Shown here: positions 36,852-44,995 of the stretch, one piece after another
Numbering within the stretch: position 1 is the first letter of the stretch
Layout of the letters: every line of letters starts with the position of its first letter
Assembly: GCA_030527165.1 (NCBI GenBank)
Contig: JAUNBH010000004.1
Location: forward strand, 11,241 to 56,235
Length of the DNA stretch: 44,995 nt
Origin: Clostridia bacterium
GTDB lineage: Bacteria; Bacillota; Clostridia; Christensenellales; CAG-138
Reading direction: 5' to 3'
Translations under genes and position numbers: made by a program
Notes under the pieces: model-generated
Told to the model about the DNA's origin: nothing
The model's database searches: none
The model's input: the letters and a program-made list of their open reading frames with translations, nothing else

Positions 36852-37868
36852 TCAAGCGTCGGGTTCGCAGAAGTAGATTATATCGCCGACGCGCCGTACG
36901 TCCTCGGGCGGGTTATTGTACATCGTGCCGTTATACGCCATTGTAGCGCTGACGCCGCCGTCGAGATTATATGCTACTTTGCAGCCCAGCTCGTAGAACA
37001 GTATCGACATATCGCTCAGCGTCATTCCGTCTGAGTATCCCGCCTGTCTTCCGTCGACAACAAGCATGCAATAGTGCCCGGGCTCGTAGTAGCCTATGGC
37101 GACTCGCGGATTCGCGCGCATGAGCGTGCTGTTGAAGGTCGTCTTTGCTTCACCGGACTCAGTGAGCAGCGACGGGCCGAAGCACCATGCCTGGTACGCG
37201 CCGTGCGTCTTTATGTAGTCGAGATCAAGTTCATCAGGCCCGTAGACGGCGAGCGTGCCGTCGTTGTAGAGCACCGCGACGTCCGTATCGCTCAGCACTT
37301 CCCGGTACAGAACTCCATTGCGTATCACGAGGCCTTGATTTCCGAATTGACAGTAGTCGCCCGAAAACGCCACGAGCGCGTTGTTGTCCTCGGCAATCTC
37401 ATATACCCATTTGGGACTGTACTCTGCAAAGCTGCCGGACGCAAAGGCGGTTCTCAAGCATGAGAGCTCGCGGATATAAATATCAGTGAGAAAGTAGGTT
37501 ATGCCATTCTCCTGCACCTGTGTTATGGTGAAGCTGATGTTCTCGCTCTTGTACGAGTTCTCGGTGACGATTGGGGTTTCGCCTATCGCCAGGAGCATGT
37601 CGCCCACGGCCTCGCCGAACATTCCGGCGTATTGCGGATTCTCGGTGGGGTCGGGCGTAGGCGTAATATCGCTCGGATTCGGTGTTGTCAAATCCGCAGT
37701 AGCAGTAGGCTCCACATAGGGCGAGAGAGTCGGCAGCTGCACCGGGTCAATCGGCTCGGCATCCTTGAGGAAATTCAGATAATAAAACGAACCCAGCAGC
37801 ACGCCTATGACGGCAATGTCGATGGCAATAGCTGCGAGCGGATGCAGGGCGGGCTTTCTCTCTTTCAC
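36852..37868 (-). CDS. Phosphodiester glycosidase family (NAGPA/DUF2233) membrane-anchored protein
   Basis: N-terminal TM, Pro/Thr linker, GLVIRNG, FGPSLL, NPRVAIG, VVDGRQ, GMTL, AYNLDGG; GGAGG RBS before GTG. Confidence 0.88.
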   Translation of the reverse strand: MKERKPALHPLAAIAIDIAVIGVLLGSFYYLNFLKDAEPIDPVQLPTLSPYVEPTATADLTTPNPSDITPTPDPTENPQYAGMFGEAVGDMLLAIGETPIVTENSYKSENISFTITQVQENGITYFLTDIYIRELSCLRTAFASGSFAEYSPKWVYEIAEDNNALVAFSGDYCQFGNQGLVIRNGVLYREVLSDTDVAVLYNDGTLAVYGPDELDLDYIKTHGAYQAWCFGPSLLTESGEAKTTFNSTLMRANPRVAIGYYEPGHYCMLVVDGRQAGYSDGMTLSDMSILFYELGCKVAYNLDGGVSATMAYNGTMYNNPPEDVRRVGDIIYFCEPDA

Positions 37869-38007
37869 GGAGCACCTCCAAATCAGCGCTAACGTATTTC
37901 ACCTTCAAAACAAAGTCGAAACATTCTAACACGGCGCATATGGAACCGCAATAGACAAACTGTGAAATTCGTCTGTGGCTGCGAGCGAAAATATATGTTT
38001 TTTCCGG

Positions 38008-38036
38008 TTGCAATGCTTTTGGACGCATGATAGAAT
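38008..38036 (+). promoter_or_regulatory. sigma-A promoter of rpmB
   Basis: TTGCAA-17-TAGAAT with an extended TG. Confidence 0.7.
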
Positions 38037-38077
38037 ACCTGTGTTTTGATGTTTTCGCAGACAAGGAGGTGTTTACG

Positions 38078-38269
38078 ATGGGTAGGTATTGTGAGGTCTG
38101 CAAGAAGGGCGTTATGTCCGGCAACAACGTCAGCCATTCAAACCGGAAGACAAGGCGCAGTTGGGCGCCCAATGTACAGAGGGTCAGCGTGGTAGTCAAC
38201 GGTACGGCGAAGAAGATGTGCGTTTGCACGCGTTGTCTGCGTTCACAGAAGGTTCAGCGCGCCGTTTAA
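38078..38269 (+). CDS. rpmB: 50S ribosomal protein L28 (Cys zinc-ribbon form)
   Basis: [26 protein letters not shown]...CTRCLR; AAGGAGGT RBS. Confidence 0.97.
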   Translation: MGRYCEVCKKGVMSGNNVSHSNRKTRRSWAPNVQRVSVVVNGTAKKMCVCTRCLRSQKVQRAV

Positions 38270-38293
38270 CGGCCGAATGAGCAACTGCGATTT

Positions 38294-38320
38294 AGGCACG
38301 GCTGTCGCCGTGCTTTTTTT
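38294..38320 (+). terminator. Intrinsic terminator after rpmB
   Basis: GCACGGC-tgtc-GCCGTGC followed by TTTTTTT. Confidence 0.85.
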
Positions 38321-38323
38321 GCA

Positions 38324-38521
38324 TCAACGTCTAAGTGCTATGCAGACGGCAGCCAGTATGCCGATGATCGCAATCAACAGCCACACAGGCGCGACAAGCA
38401 TCACGATCAAACCGGCGACGATGCACGCAACCAACGCGATTACCGCGGCGTTCCGATCAGCACGGCGTCGTTTCGGCTTTTGACAACTCTTTCTTCTCAA
38501 TAGATAAATTAGCTCGTTCAT
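38324..38521 (-). CDS. Small membrane protein (65 aa, basic N-terminus, two hydrophobic segments)
   Basis: GGAGG RBS before ATG 38521; MNELIYLLRRKSCQKPKRRR...VIALVACIVAGLIVMLVAPVWLLIAII. Confidence 0.7.
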   Translation of the reverse strand: MNELIYLLRRKSCQKPKRRRADRNAAVIALVACIVAGLIVMLVAPVWLLIAIIGILAAVCIALRR

Positions 38522-38538
38522 TTCTGCCTCCATATATG

Positions 38539-38565
38539 AACATATGTCGACTGCAGAGCGAGTGT
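38539..38565 (-). promoter_or_regulatory. Possible sigma-K promoter
   Basis: Minus strand ACA-16-CATATGTT. Confidence 0.45.
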
Positions 38566-38677
38566 TCGCAAAAAAGCTTCGTTTTGAAATTTGTACAAGC
38601 GATAGCATTATTTATCGCGTCTTCGGCGCATATTCCGGGGACACTATTATCTGAAGTTTTGATGAGGTGATCTAAAA

Positions 38678-39958
38678 ATGAAAAAGCTGAGGAACGCTAT
38701 TGTCAAAGCGCTGGGCGCATTACTCGCGGCGCTGCTCTGCGTCTACAACACCGGTGCAGAGATGGAATGGCTTCGTGCGCTGCCGCGAGAACTCTATGTT
38801 TACGACGGCGCGACCATAGAATCACTCCTTGAACCGCCGGGTTCCATTGGATTCTACAAGGCGAACGACGCGGAAGTGTCTTTGTCGCAGAGCCAAACGC
38901 TCAGCGACGTCTTGGGCGAGGGAGTTGTAAACGCTCAGATTAAGCTCTACGGCGTTTTGCCTGTCGGCGGGATACAGCTCACACAGCGCGATCACACAGT
39001 CGTCATGCCGGGCGGCCTTGCCGTGGGGATACACATTGTCACCGATGGACTGCTGGTGGTAGGATTTGGCCAGTTCGAGACGAGCGACGGTTACTTGTCG
39101 CCTGCGAAACTGTCCGGAGTGAAGGCGGGCGACGTGATAGTGGAGGCGGATTCGGTGCCTCTTAAAACTGCCGCACAGCTTTCGGAGATCGTGGCGAACA
39201 GCACTGCTGATGTAGAGCTGTTGATAGAGCGCGGCGGCCGCAGCATGCTTATAGTGGCGCGACCGCTCGAGGACGTCATGGACGGGAAGCGAAAGCTGGG
39301 GTTGTGGATAAGGGACGATACGGCGGGAATAGGTACGCTGTCCATGGTCGATATGACCGACAACGGATACGGCGCGCTCGGTCATGCAGTGCGCGATGCA
39401 GATACAGGCGCCGAGATACAGCTCAGAAGCGGGGTGTTGCTAAAAGCATCTATAATGGGCGTAAGCAAGAGCGTAAAGGGGACTCCGGGTGAGATAAAGG
39501 GTTCATTTAGTCTCAACGACGACGTTATTGGCAGCATAAGGGCGACAAATGAGTTCGGCATATATGGATTTTTGGAGGAACAGTGGACTAATCCGCTGTA
39601 CCCGAGCGGCGTTGAACTCGCGTACCCAGAGGAGGCTCGCCTCGGCCGGGCTCAAATACTCGCATCAGTGGACGATTCAGGCGTAGCGGCATATGAATGC
39701 CGCATAGTCAAAGTGTACAGGCAAAGCGAGTGTGCACCGCGCGGCATGGTCATTGAAGTGACGGATGAGCGGTTGCTCGACAAGACGGGCGGAGTAGTAC
39801 AGGGCATGAGCGGGAGCCCGCTGTTGCAGGACGGGAAACTGCTCGGCGTAGTGACACACGTTTTGATAAACGAGCCCGCCAAGGGTTATTGCCTGTACGC
39901 CTATTGGATGTACAAGCTAATTGAGAGCAGCGTGAGCGCTGCAGCGATGGTGGGGTAA
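38678..39958 (+). CDS. spoIVB: SpoIVB serine peptidase (S55)
   Basis: VMPGG.AVG, PDZ domain, LGLWIRDDTAGIGTL, YGALGH, PGE, TGGVVQGMSGSPLLQDGKLLGVVTHV. Confidence 0.96.
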   Translation: MKKLRNAIVKALGALLAALLCVYNTGAEMEWLRALPRELYVYDGATIESLLEPPGSIGFYKANDAEVSLSQSQTLSDVLGEGVVNAQIKLYGVLPVGGIQLTQRDHTVVMPGGLAVGIHIVTDGLLVVGFGQFETSDGYLSPAKLSGVKAGDVIVEADSVPLKTAAQLSEIVANSTADVELLIERGGRSMLIVARPLEDVMDGKRKLGLWIRDDTAGIGTLSMVDMTDNGYGALGHAVRDADTGAEIQLRSGVLLKASIMGVSKSVKGTPGEIKGSFSLNDDVIGSIRATNEFGIYGFLEEQWTNPLYPSGVELAYPEEARLGRAQILASVDDSGVAAYECRIVKVYRQSECAPRGMVIEVTDERLLDKTGGVVQGMSGSPLLQDGKLLGVVTHVLINEPAKGYCLYAYWMYKLIESSVSAAAMVG

Positions 39959-40007
39959 AAGGCTCGGCAAACGGTGCGGCCAACGCTGTGTACACGCGTC
40001 TGTCACA

Positions 40008-40037
40008 GCATAAACACCAGCTTTTCCTCGTAGAAAT
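40008..40037 (+). promoter_or_regulatory. Possible sigma-E promoter
   Basis: GCATAA...CGTAGAAAT (ATA-16-CGTA). Confidence 0.4.
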
Positions 40038-40052
40038 AGTCGAGGTGAACGA

Positions 40053-40634
40053 GTGAAAAAGCTAAAGAATACTGCGTCTGATGAAGCAGAAAAGCGACGC
40101 CGCGACGCCATGAAGTGGATGGCGCTGTGCGTGCTGTACGCCGTTGGAGTGTTCGTTGGAGTCGGTGTAGCCGGCAGGTATGCTGACGGTATTGGTTTTA
40201 CGCCCGGCTTCAGTATAGGAATTGGCGTGGCGCTGCTCAGAGCGGCGTTGACGCTTGGCGCCGGCGTGCTGTCTGCGTGCCTTTGCGCCATATGGCTGCC
40301 GGGCATCCTCTTGGCGTTGTTCGTGTCAGTTGCGCGCGGGGCGCTGGCATTCATGTCGATATGGGCATTGGTATCGCTAATGAGCGGGTTTGAGGGCGCG
40401 CTGTTAATTCTGCTCGTCGCACTGGGCGAGGTTTTGGCTACTCTGCCACTGTTCAGCATGTTTGTGCGTGCAATGGGGCTGTGGTCATACAGGGCGTTTG
40501 AATGTGGCGCGGATGTTGCTGAGCCGGGCGCTCTCATGCCGAGTGCCGGGGAGTGCGGCTTGTTCACGCTATCGCTGATTGTAAACGGCGTCGTGGTTCC
40601 CTGGGTGTACGCGCAAATCCAATTGACGATATGA
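40053..40634 (+). CDS. Polytopic membrane protein, possibly a divergent SpoIIM
   Basis: About five TM segments in 193 aa, GAGGTG RBS, position upstream of deoB, sigma-E-like promoter; no strong motif match. Confidence 0.5.
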   Translation: MKKLKNTASDEAEKRRRDAMKWMALCVLYAVGVFVGVGVAGRYADGIGFTPGFSIGIGVALLRAALTLGAGVLSACLCAIWLPGILLALFVSVARGALAFMSIWALVSLMSGFEGALLILLVALGEVLATLPLFSMFVRAMGLWSYRAFECGADVAEPGALMPSAGECGLFTLSLIVNGVVVPWVYAQIQLTI

Positions 40635-40670
40635 GCCGCGCGGTTGTAGAATGTATTCGAGGTGATTTTG

Positions 40671-41849
40671 TTGAAAAGAAGGGTAATACTGATTGTATTG
40701 GATAGCGTAGGTATAGGCGCTCTGCCGGACGCTGCGGAGTTTGGCGACGTCGGTTCCAACACGCTCGGCAATATCTACAAGGCGAGGAAGCGCCTCGAGC
40801 TGCCGAATCTATACGCGCTTGGATTGGCAAATATAGAGGGTTCAGGACTCCCGTCGTGCACTTGCGAACCGATGGGCGCGTACGGTAGGGCGATGGAGCT
40901 GACGAAAGCTAAGGACACCACAAGCGGCCACTGGGAGCTCGCCGGCCTCTGTATGGACAGGCCTTTTCAGGTCTTTCCCAACGGCTTTCCGCGCGAATTG
41001 GTTGAGGCGTTTGAAAGCAGAATAGGGCGTAAGACGCTTTGTAACGCGCCGGCTTCGGGCACGGTCGTCATTCAGCAGTATGGAGACGAGCATGTGCGCA
41101 CCGGCAGTCCCATAGTTTACACGTCTGCCGACAGCGTGTTTCAGATTGCGGCGCATGAGGGCGTCATACCGCTTGACGAACTCTATGACATGTGCAAGAC
41201 AGCGCGCAGTCTGCTGAATGAAGAGTTCTTCGTGGGCAGGGTCATAGCGCGTCCGTTTATAGGCGCAGACGGTAATTATACGCGCACTGAGAACAGGCGC
41301 GATTACGCTGTGCCGCCAACCGGAGACACGGTGCTCGACGCAATGCTACGCAACGCTCTTGTGACTGTAGCTGTCGGGAAAATCGAGGACATATTCGCTC
41401 ACCGAGGCATATCTGTTGCGAATCACACCAAGAACAACCGCGACGGCATAGAGGCCACGATAGAGTACATGAGCGCCGGAACGGGGGATTTCATATTCAC
41501 CAATTTGGTCGATTTCGATATGCTTTATGGCCATAGGAACGATGTGGAGGGCTACGCGCGCGCACTGGAGTACTTTGATGCGCAGCTGCCGAGGATTATT
41601 GGCGCCATGCAGGCTGGGGATATGCTCATGCTCACCGCTGACCATGGCTGCGACCCTACGCACCCCGGCACTGACCACACGCGGGAGTACATACCTGTAC
41701 TGGCGTACGGAGCTATGGTACTGCGCAATACGAATCTTGGGACGCTGAGGAGCTTTGCGGACATAGGAGCCACGGCGTACGAGTATCTCACAGGTGAGCC
41801 TTGGGGTGTGGGGGCTTCGTTCTTGTCCGAGCTCATCGGGGCAGAATGA
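40671..41849 (+). CDS. deoB: Phosphopentomutase
   Basis: IVLDSVGIG, KDTTSGHWE, IVYTSADSVFQIAAHE, GRVIARPF, NLVDFDMLYGHRND, TADHGCDP, TDHTREY. Start is TTG 40671 or nearby. Confidence 0.97.
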   Translation: MKRRVILIVLDSVGIGALPDAAEFGDVGSNTLGNIYKARKRLELPNLYALGLANIEGSGLPSCTCEPMGAYGRAMELTKAKDTTSGHWELAGLCMDRPFQVFPNGFPRELVEAFESRIGRKTLCNAPASGTVVIQQYGDEHVRTGSPIVYTSADSVFQIAAHEGVIPLDELYDMCKTARSLLNEEFFVGRVIARPFIGADGNYTRTENRRDYAVPPTGDTVLDAMLRNALVTVAVGKIEDIFAHRGISVANHTKNNRDGIEATIEYMSAGTGDFIFTNLVDFDMLYGHRNDVEGYARALEYFDAQLPRIIGAMQAGDMLMLTADHGCDPTHPGTDHTREYIPVLAYGAMVLRNTNLGTLRSFADIGATAYEYLTGEPWGVGASFLSELIGAE

Positions 41850-42014
41850 GGCGCGCTACTGCTGACAAGTGACATAGTGTGGCGCAAATGGGCAGGCCAC
41901 ATAAGGAGGCATATAATGCGATTGCCATGTCGTCGTGTTGAGCTTCGCGCATCCCGACCAGTCCAGTTCTTTCAAACGAAAAGTACGCGGCAGAAGCAGG
42001 CAGTTCAACTGCAC

Positions 42015-42043
42015 TTGACATGGCTGAAAAGCGACGCTATGCT
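42015..42043 (+). promoter_or_regulatory. sigma-A promoter of the lipoprotein gene
   Basis: TTGACA-17-TATGCT. Confidence 0.65.
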
Positions 42044-42086
42044 CGAATAGAATCCTCAACACGATCCAAAGACGGAGGAGAAACCG

Positions 42087-42782
42087 ATGAAACGCACGAT
42101 TTGCATACTGACGGCGCTGCTGCTGGTGCCGCTGCTGGCGGCCTGCGGCGGGGAGAGCAACACGGACGGCACGACCCTGCGCGGCACCTGGTACGAGGAG
42201 GATGCCGCCGGCGTGCTGACATTCGGCGAAACGGACGGCACTTCGGAGGAAAACGCCTACCTCGCCGCTCATTCTTCCTTTACCTACGAGACTGAGGACG
42301 GCACTTTGCGCTTCACCAACGCCGAAGGCGAGACCGTTGAAACAACTTACGAGCTGAAGGCTGAGACGCTGATCGTGACTGTTGGCGGCGAGACGCACAC
42401 CTACCTTCGTGACTTGACCTATGTCGCGCCGGGCACCGCAGACCCGGTCGAAACTCCCAGCGAGTCGCCCACCGAGCAGCCCACCGAACCGCCGACGGAG
42501 ACAATGAATCTGATAGACTATCTCATTGGCACATGGGAAGCGCCGTACGACGGAGAAACGCTGGTGTACACCTTCAACGCCGACGGTACGGGGACCCTCG
42601 TCAACAGCGCTTTCCCGATTGTGATTCCGATGACCTTCAGCATAGAGGGAGATGTCATCACCGTGGTCACCACGGCCTTTGGCAATACCGATACCGGCAG
42701 TGCGACCTTTGACGCCGCCTCGGACGTCCTCATACTGACCAACGGCGACGGTGAGACCCTCGTCATGACCCGCGTCGAATAG
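42087..42782 (+). CDS. Acidic lipoprotein with two lipocalin/DUF5640-like beta domains and a Pro/Thr/Glu linker
   Basis: Lipobox LAAC; LRGTW..LTF..DGT and LIGTW..YTFNADGTG repeats; GGAGG RBS. Confidence 0.7.
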   Translation: MKRTICILTALLLVPLLAACGGESNTDGTTLRGTWYEEDAAGVLTFGETDGTSEENAYLAAHSSFTYETEDGTLRFTNAEGETVETTYELKAETLIVTVGGETHTYLRDLTYVAPGTADPVETPSESPTEQPTEPPTETMNLIDYLIGTWEAPYDGETLVYTFNADGTGTLVNSAFPIVIPMTFSIEGDVITVVTTAFGNTDTGSATFDAASDVLILTNGDGETLVMTRVE

Positions 42783-42804
42783 TTTTACGCTACATATGCT
42801 AAAG

Positions 42805-42846
42805 AGCGCATCGGCAGAAGCAACCGCCGATGCGCTTCATGTTTTT
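42805..42846 (+). terminator. Probable terminator
   Basis: AGCGCATCGGC...GCCGATGCGCT stem followed by tcatgttttt. Confidence 0.65.
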
Positions 42847-42910
42847 CCGTGGCACGCGGCATAGCACCGGCCCTGGCAGGGCGGCATGTCGCCCTGCCAA
42901 CCGCCCGCTC

Positions 42911-42939
42911 TTGCTTTATTAGTCTGCAGCGAGTATAAT
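42911..42939 (+). promoter_or_regulatory. sigma-A promoter of the S2P-scpAB operon
   Basis: TTGCTT-17-TATAAT. Confidence 0.7.
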
Positions 42940-42960
42940 TGACCATCAAACGGAGAGGAC

Positions 42961-43620
42961 TTGGACGTGCTGGACTACATTATTTCGATGCTCTATACCG
43001 TTGTTGCGTTTCTGTTCGCACTGACTTTTCATGAGTGGGCGCACGCGTACGCTGCGTATAGGCTGGGTGATCCTACTGCGTACAACGCCGGGCGGATGAC
43101 GCTTAATCCGCTCGCTCACATAGATATTGTAGGCTTGCTGTGCGTCATTTTTCTCGGATTTGGTTGGGCAAAACCCGTGCCGGTCAACCCGCGGAACTTC
43201 GGCCGCCTAAGGCGCGACAGCATTATTGTGTCACTCGCCGGCGTCACGACCAACCTACTGTTGGCGATAGTATTTACGCCACTCACCATGTTCTGCTTGA
43301 GCGCTTGGGTTAGCAGCGGCCAGCAGAGCGTCCTTCTGGAAGTGTGCTACACGCTGACGCAGTCTTTTGTAAGCATAAACGTCGTGCTCGCAGTGTTCAA
43401 TTTGCTGCCAATACCTCCGCTTGACGGCTTTAACGTGGTCGAGGACTTGCTCATTAGGAGAGTTGGCCCTGCTCCTTTTATGTGGATGCGCCGTAACAGC
43501 CTCATAATTCTCATAGTCATGCTGATGGTGTTGCGGTTCACCAATGTGTTGAGCACCGTCGCCGGCGGCATTATCGGCCTGCTATGGTCGCTGTTCTCGC
43601 CCATAATGGGCCTGTTCTAA
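42961..43620 (+). CDS. Site-2 protease (peptidase M50)
   Basis: HEWAH, GDPT...GRMTLNPLAHID, GWAKPVPVNP, FNLLPIPPLDG. Confidence 0.93.
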   Translation: MDVLDYIISMLYTVVAFLFALTFHEWAHAYAAYRLGDPTAYNAGRMTLNPLAHIDIVGLLCVIFLGFGWAKPVPVNPRNFGRLRRDSIIVSLAGVTTNLLLAIVFTPLTMFCLSAWVSSGQQSVLLEVCYTLTQSFVSINVVLAVFNLLPIPPLDGFNVVEDLLIRRVGPAPFMWMRRNSLIILIVMLMVLRFTNVLSTVAGGIIGLLWSLFSPIMGLF

Positions 43621-43623
43621 CCC

Positions 43624-44394
43624 ATGGATTACAGTGTACGCCTGGAGCAATTTGAGGGCCCGCTGGATTTGTTGTTGCACCTCATAGAGAGGGCGGAGGT
43701 AGACATACAGGACATATTCGTGTCCGAGATAACGTCTCAATACCTCGAATACATGCGGCAGATCGACACGCTTGACATGGACACTGCGAGCGAGTTCCTC
43801 ACGATTGCTGCGCGACTGGTTTATATTAAATCAAGGGCGTTGTTGCCGCGCCCCGCAGCGGCGCAGGATGAAGACGAGGAGACGGAAGCGGACTTCATAT
43901 TGCGGCTGCGGGAGTACAAGCTGTACAAACAGATCGGCGCTGCGCTAACGGAGCTAAGGGAGGTCAATCGGGGCGCATTGGCGCGGCTTCCGGAGGAGTT
44001 TGCGTTCCCCGCGCCCGAGGTGACGTGGACGGGCGGCACTGTAAGCGCGCTGTACGACGCCATGCAGGCGCTGTTGAGCAGGAGCGCAGACAATGTTCGA
44101 AGTCATCCTTTGCACAGGGTCAGCGCGGATAAGTATACCGTGCGCGGCCAGGCTGCGGCAATAAGGCTCAAGCTTGCAGGCAGGAGCATATTACCGTTTG
44201 AGGAGCTGTTTGACGGTCAGACCGAGCGCATGGAGATAATCGTGACATTCATGGCTATGCTCGAGATGGCATCGCGCGGTGAGATTTACATAAGTCAGTC
44301 AACTCCGTACGGCGCGCTGTCCATACGTCCGCGCGATCTCATGAGTGAAACCGACGTCGAAGCCAGCCGTTATTCCGATGAGTATGGGGAGTAG
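43624..44394 (+). CDS. scpA: Segregation and condensation protein A
   Basis: FEGPLDLLLHLI, SEFL, IKSRALLP, IVTFMAMLEM. Confidence 0.95.
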   Translation: MDYSVRLEQFEGPLDLLLHLIERAEVDIQDIFVSEITSQYLEYMRQIDTLDMDTASEFLTIAARLVYIKSRALLPRPAAAQDEDEETEADFILRLREYKLYKQIGAALTELREVNRGALARLPEEFAFPAPEVTWTGGTVSALYDAMQALLSRSADNVRSHPLHRVSADKYTVRGQAAAIRLKLAGRSILPFEELFDGQTERMEIIVTFMAMLEMASRGEIYISQSTPYGALSIRPRDLMSETDVEASRYSDEYGE

Positions 44395-44396
44395 GT

Positions 44397-44957
44397 ATGG
44401 ACAATAGTTCAATTTTAGCGAATATCGAGTGCTTGCTGTTCGTGTCCGGCGATCCGGTTCAAATCGTCCAGATTCAAGAGGCGCTGGGAGTGACGGAGGT
44501 GGAAGCGCACATGCTGCTCAACAGGCTGCGAGAGGATTTGGAAGCGCGCAATGGCGGTATAATCCTGTATCTGACAGATAGTTCCGCGCAGCTCGTGTCA
44601 AATCCCGACTGCTACGAGTTCGTCAGGCGCTTTTATCAGCCGCCTCAAGAAAAGTCTATCTCGCAGTCCATGATGGAGACGCTCGCGATAATCGCATACA
44701 GGCAGCCGGTCACGAGAGGCGATGTCGAGGCGATACGCGGCGTGCGGTGCGAATATGCTGTGTCTCAGCTGTTAAAACAGGGTTTTATAACGGAACTCGG
44801 CCGGCGCGACACTGTGGGCAGGCCTATGGAATTCGGTACGACTGACGCGTTTTTGCGCCTGTTTGGTTTGCGCTCGCTCAGAGAGCTGCCCAAGCTCGAC
44901 GCGGAGGCCGAAACTTCGGCTGCCGAAGATAGCGCATTCGGAGACGCTTGGAACTGA
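44397..44957 (+). CDS. scpB: Segregation and condensation protein B
   Basis: IECLLFVSGDP, ETLAIIAYRQPVTR..VEAIRGV, GRP..FGTT..FL..FGL.SL.ELP. Confidence 0.96.
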   Translation: MDNSSILANIECLLFVSGDPVQIVQIQEALGVTEVEAHMLLNRLREDLEARNGGIILYLTDSSAQLVSNPDCYEFVRRFYQPPQEKSISQSMMETLAIIAYRQPVTRGDVEAIRGVRCEYAVSQLLKQGFITELGRRDTVGRPMEFGTTDAFLRLFGLRSLRELPKLDAEAETSAAEDSAFGDAWN

Positions 44958-44995
44958 GTTTTCGTTCCGCTTCGGAGACGCTTGGAACTGAGTTT
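44937..44995 (+). repeat. 25-bp perfect direct repeat, period 34 bp, running to the window end
   Basis: TTCGGAGACGCTTGGAACTGAGTTT at 44937-44961 and 44971-44995. Confidence 0.95.

Noticed and set aside
38605-38646. sigma-F/sigma-G promoter for spoIVB
   Set aside because: GGGGACACTA resembles a sigma-F -10, but the -35 match is too weak to call from sequence alone.
44937-44995. CRISPR array
   Set aside because: Only two copies with 9 bp between them, the first overlapping a CDS, and no cas genes.

Overview
This is a chromosomal window from a GC-rich, endospore-forming Bacillota, most likely Clostridia (inferred from yqfC/yqfD, spoIVB, sigA-type promoters and a sortase-type anchor). It opens with the 3' end of a repeat-rich cell-wall-anchored protein and an aldo/keto reductase. 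An ~11.4 kb surface-glycopolymer operon follows: TagF-like polyol-phosphate transferase, Wzm/Wzt ABC exporter, GT2, two tandem WecF/GT56-like proteins, ATP-grasp ligase, SDR epimerase, VioA-like aminotransferase, rmlA and rmlB, with no rmlC/D. Next come a GNAT, dnaX, a MoxR/DUF58/membrane-protein trio, a stand-alone GlmU acetyltransferase half and icd. The conserved yqfC-yqfD-phoH-pgpH-ybeY-cdd-era-recO block contains an unannotated YqzL-like gene on the opposite strand. The rest holds ppdK, a triple GerMN-like lipoprotein, dnaG-sigA, a NAGPA-family gene pair, rpmB, spoIVB, a possible spoIIM, deoB, a lipoprotein, a site-2 protease and scpAB. I saw no rRNA, tRNA, CRISPR array or mobile element. 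Both window ends fall inside direct repeats. The best candidates for something new are the hybrid teichoic-acid/ECA-like amino-sugar locus, the antisense yqzL with a Shine-Dalgarno-occluding inverted repeat, and the split GlmU. All family calls come from motif recognition by eye, not database searches.
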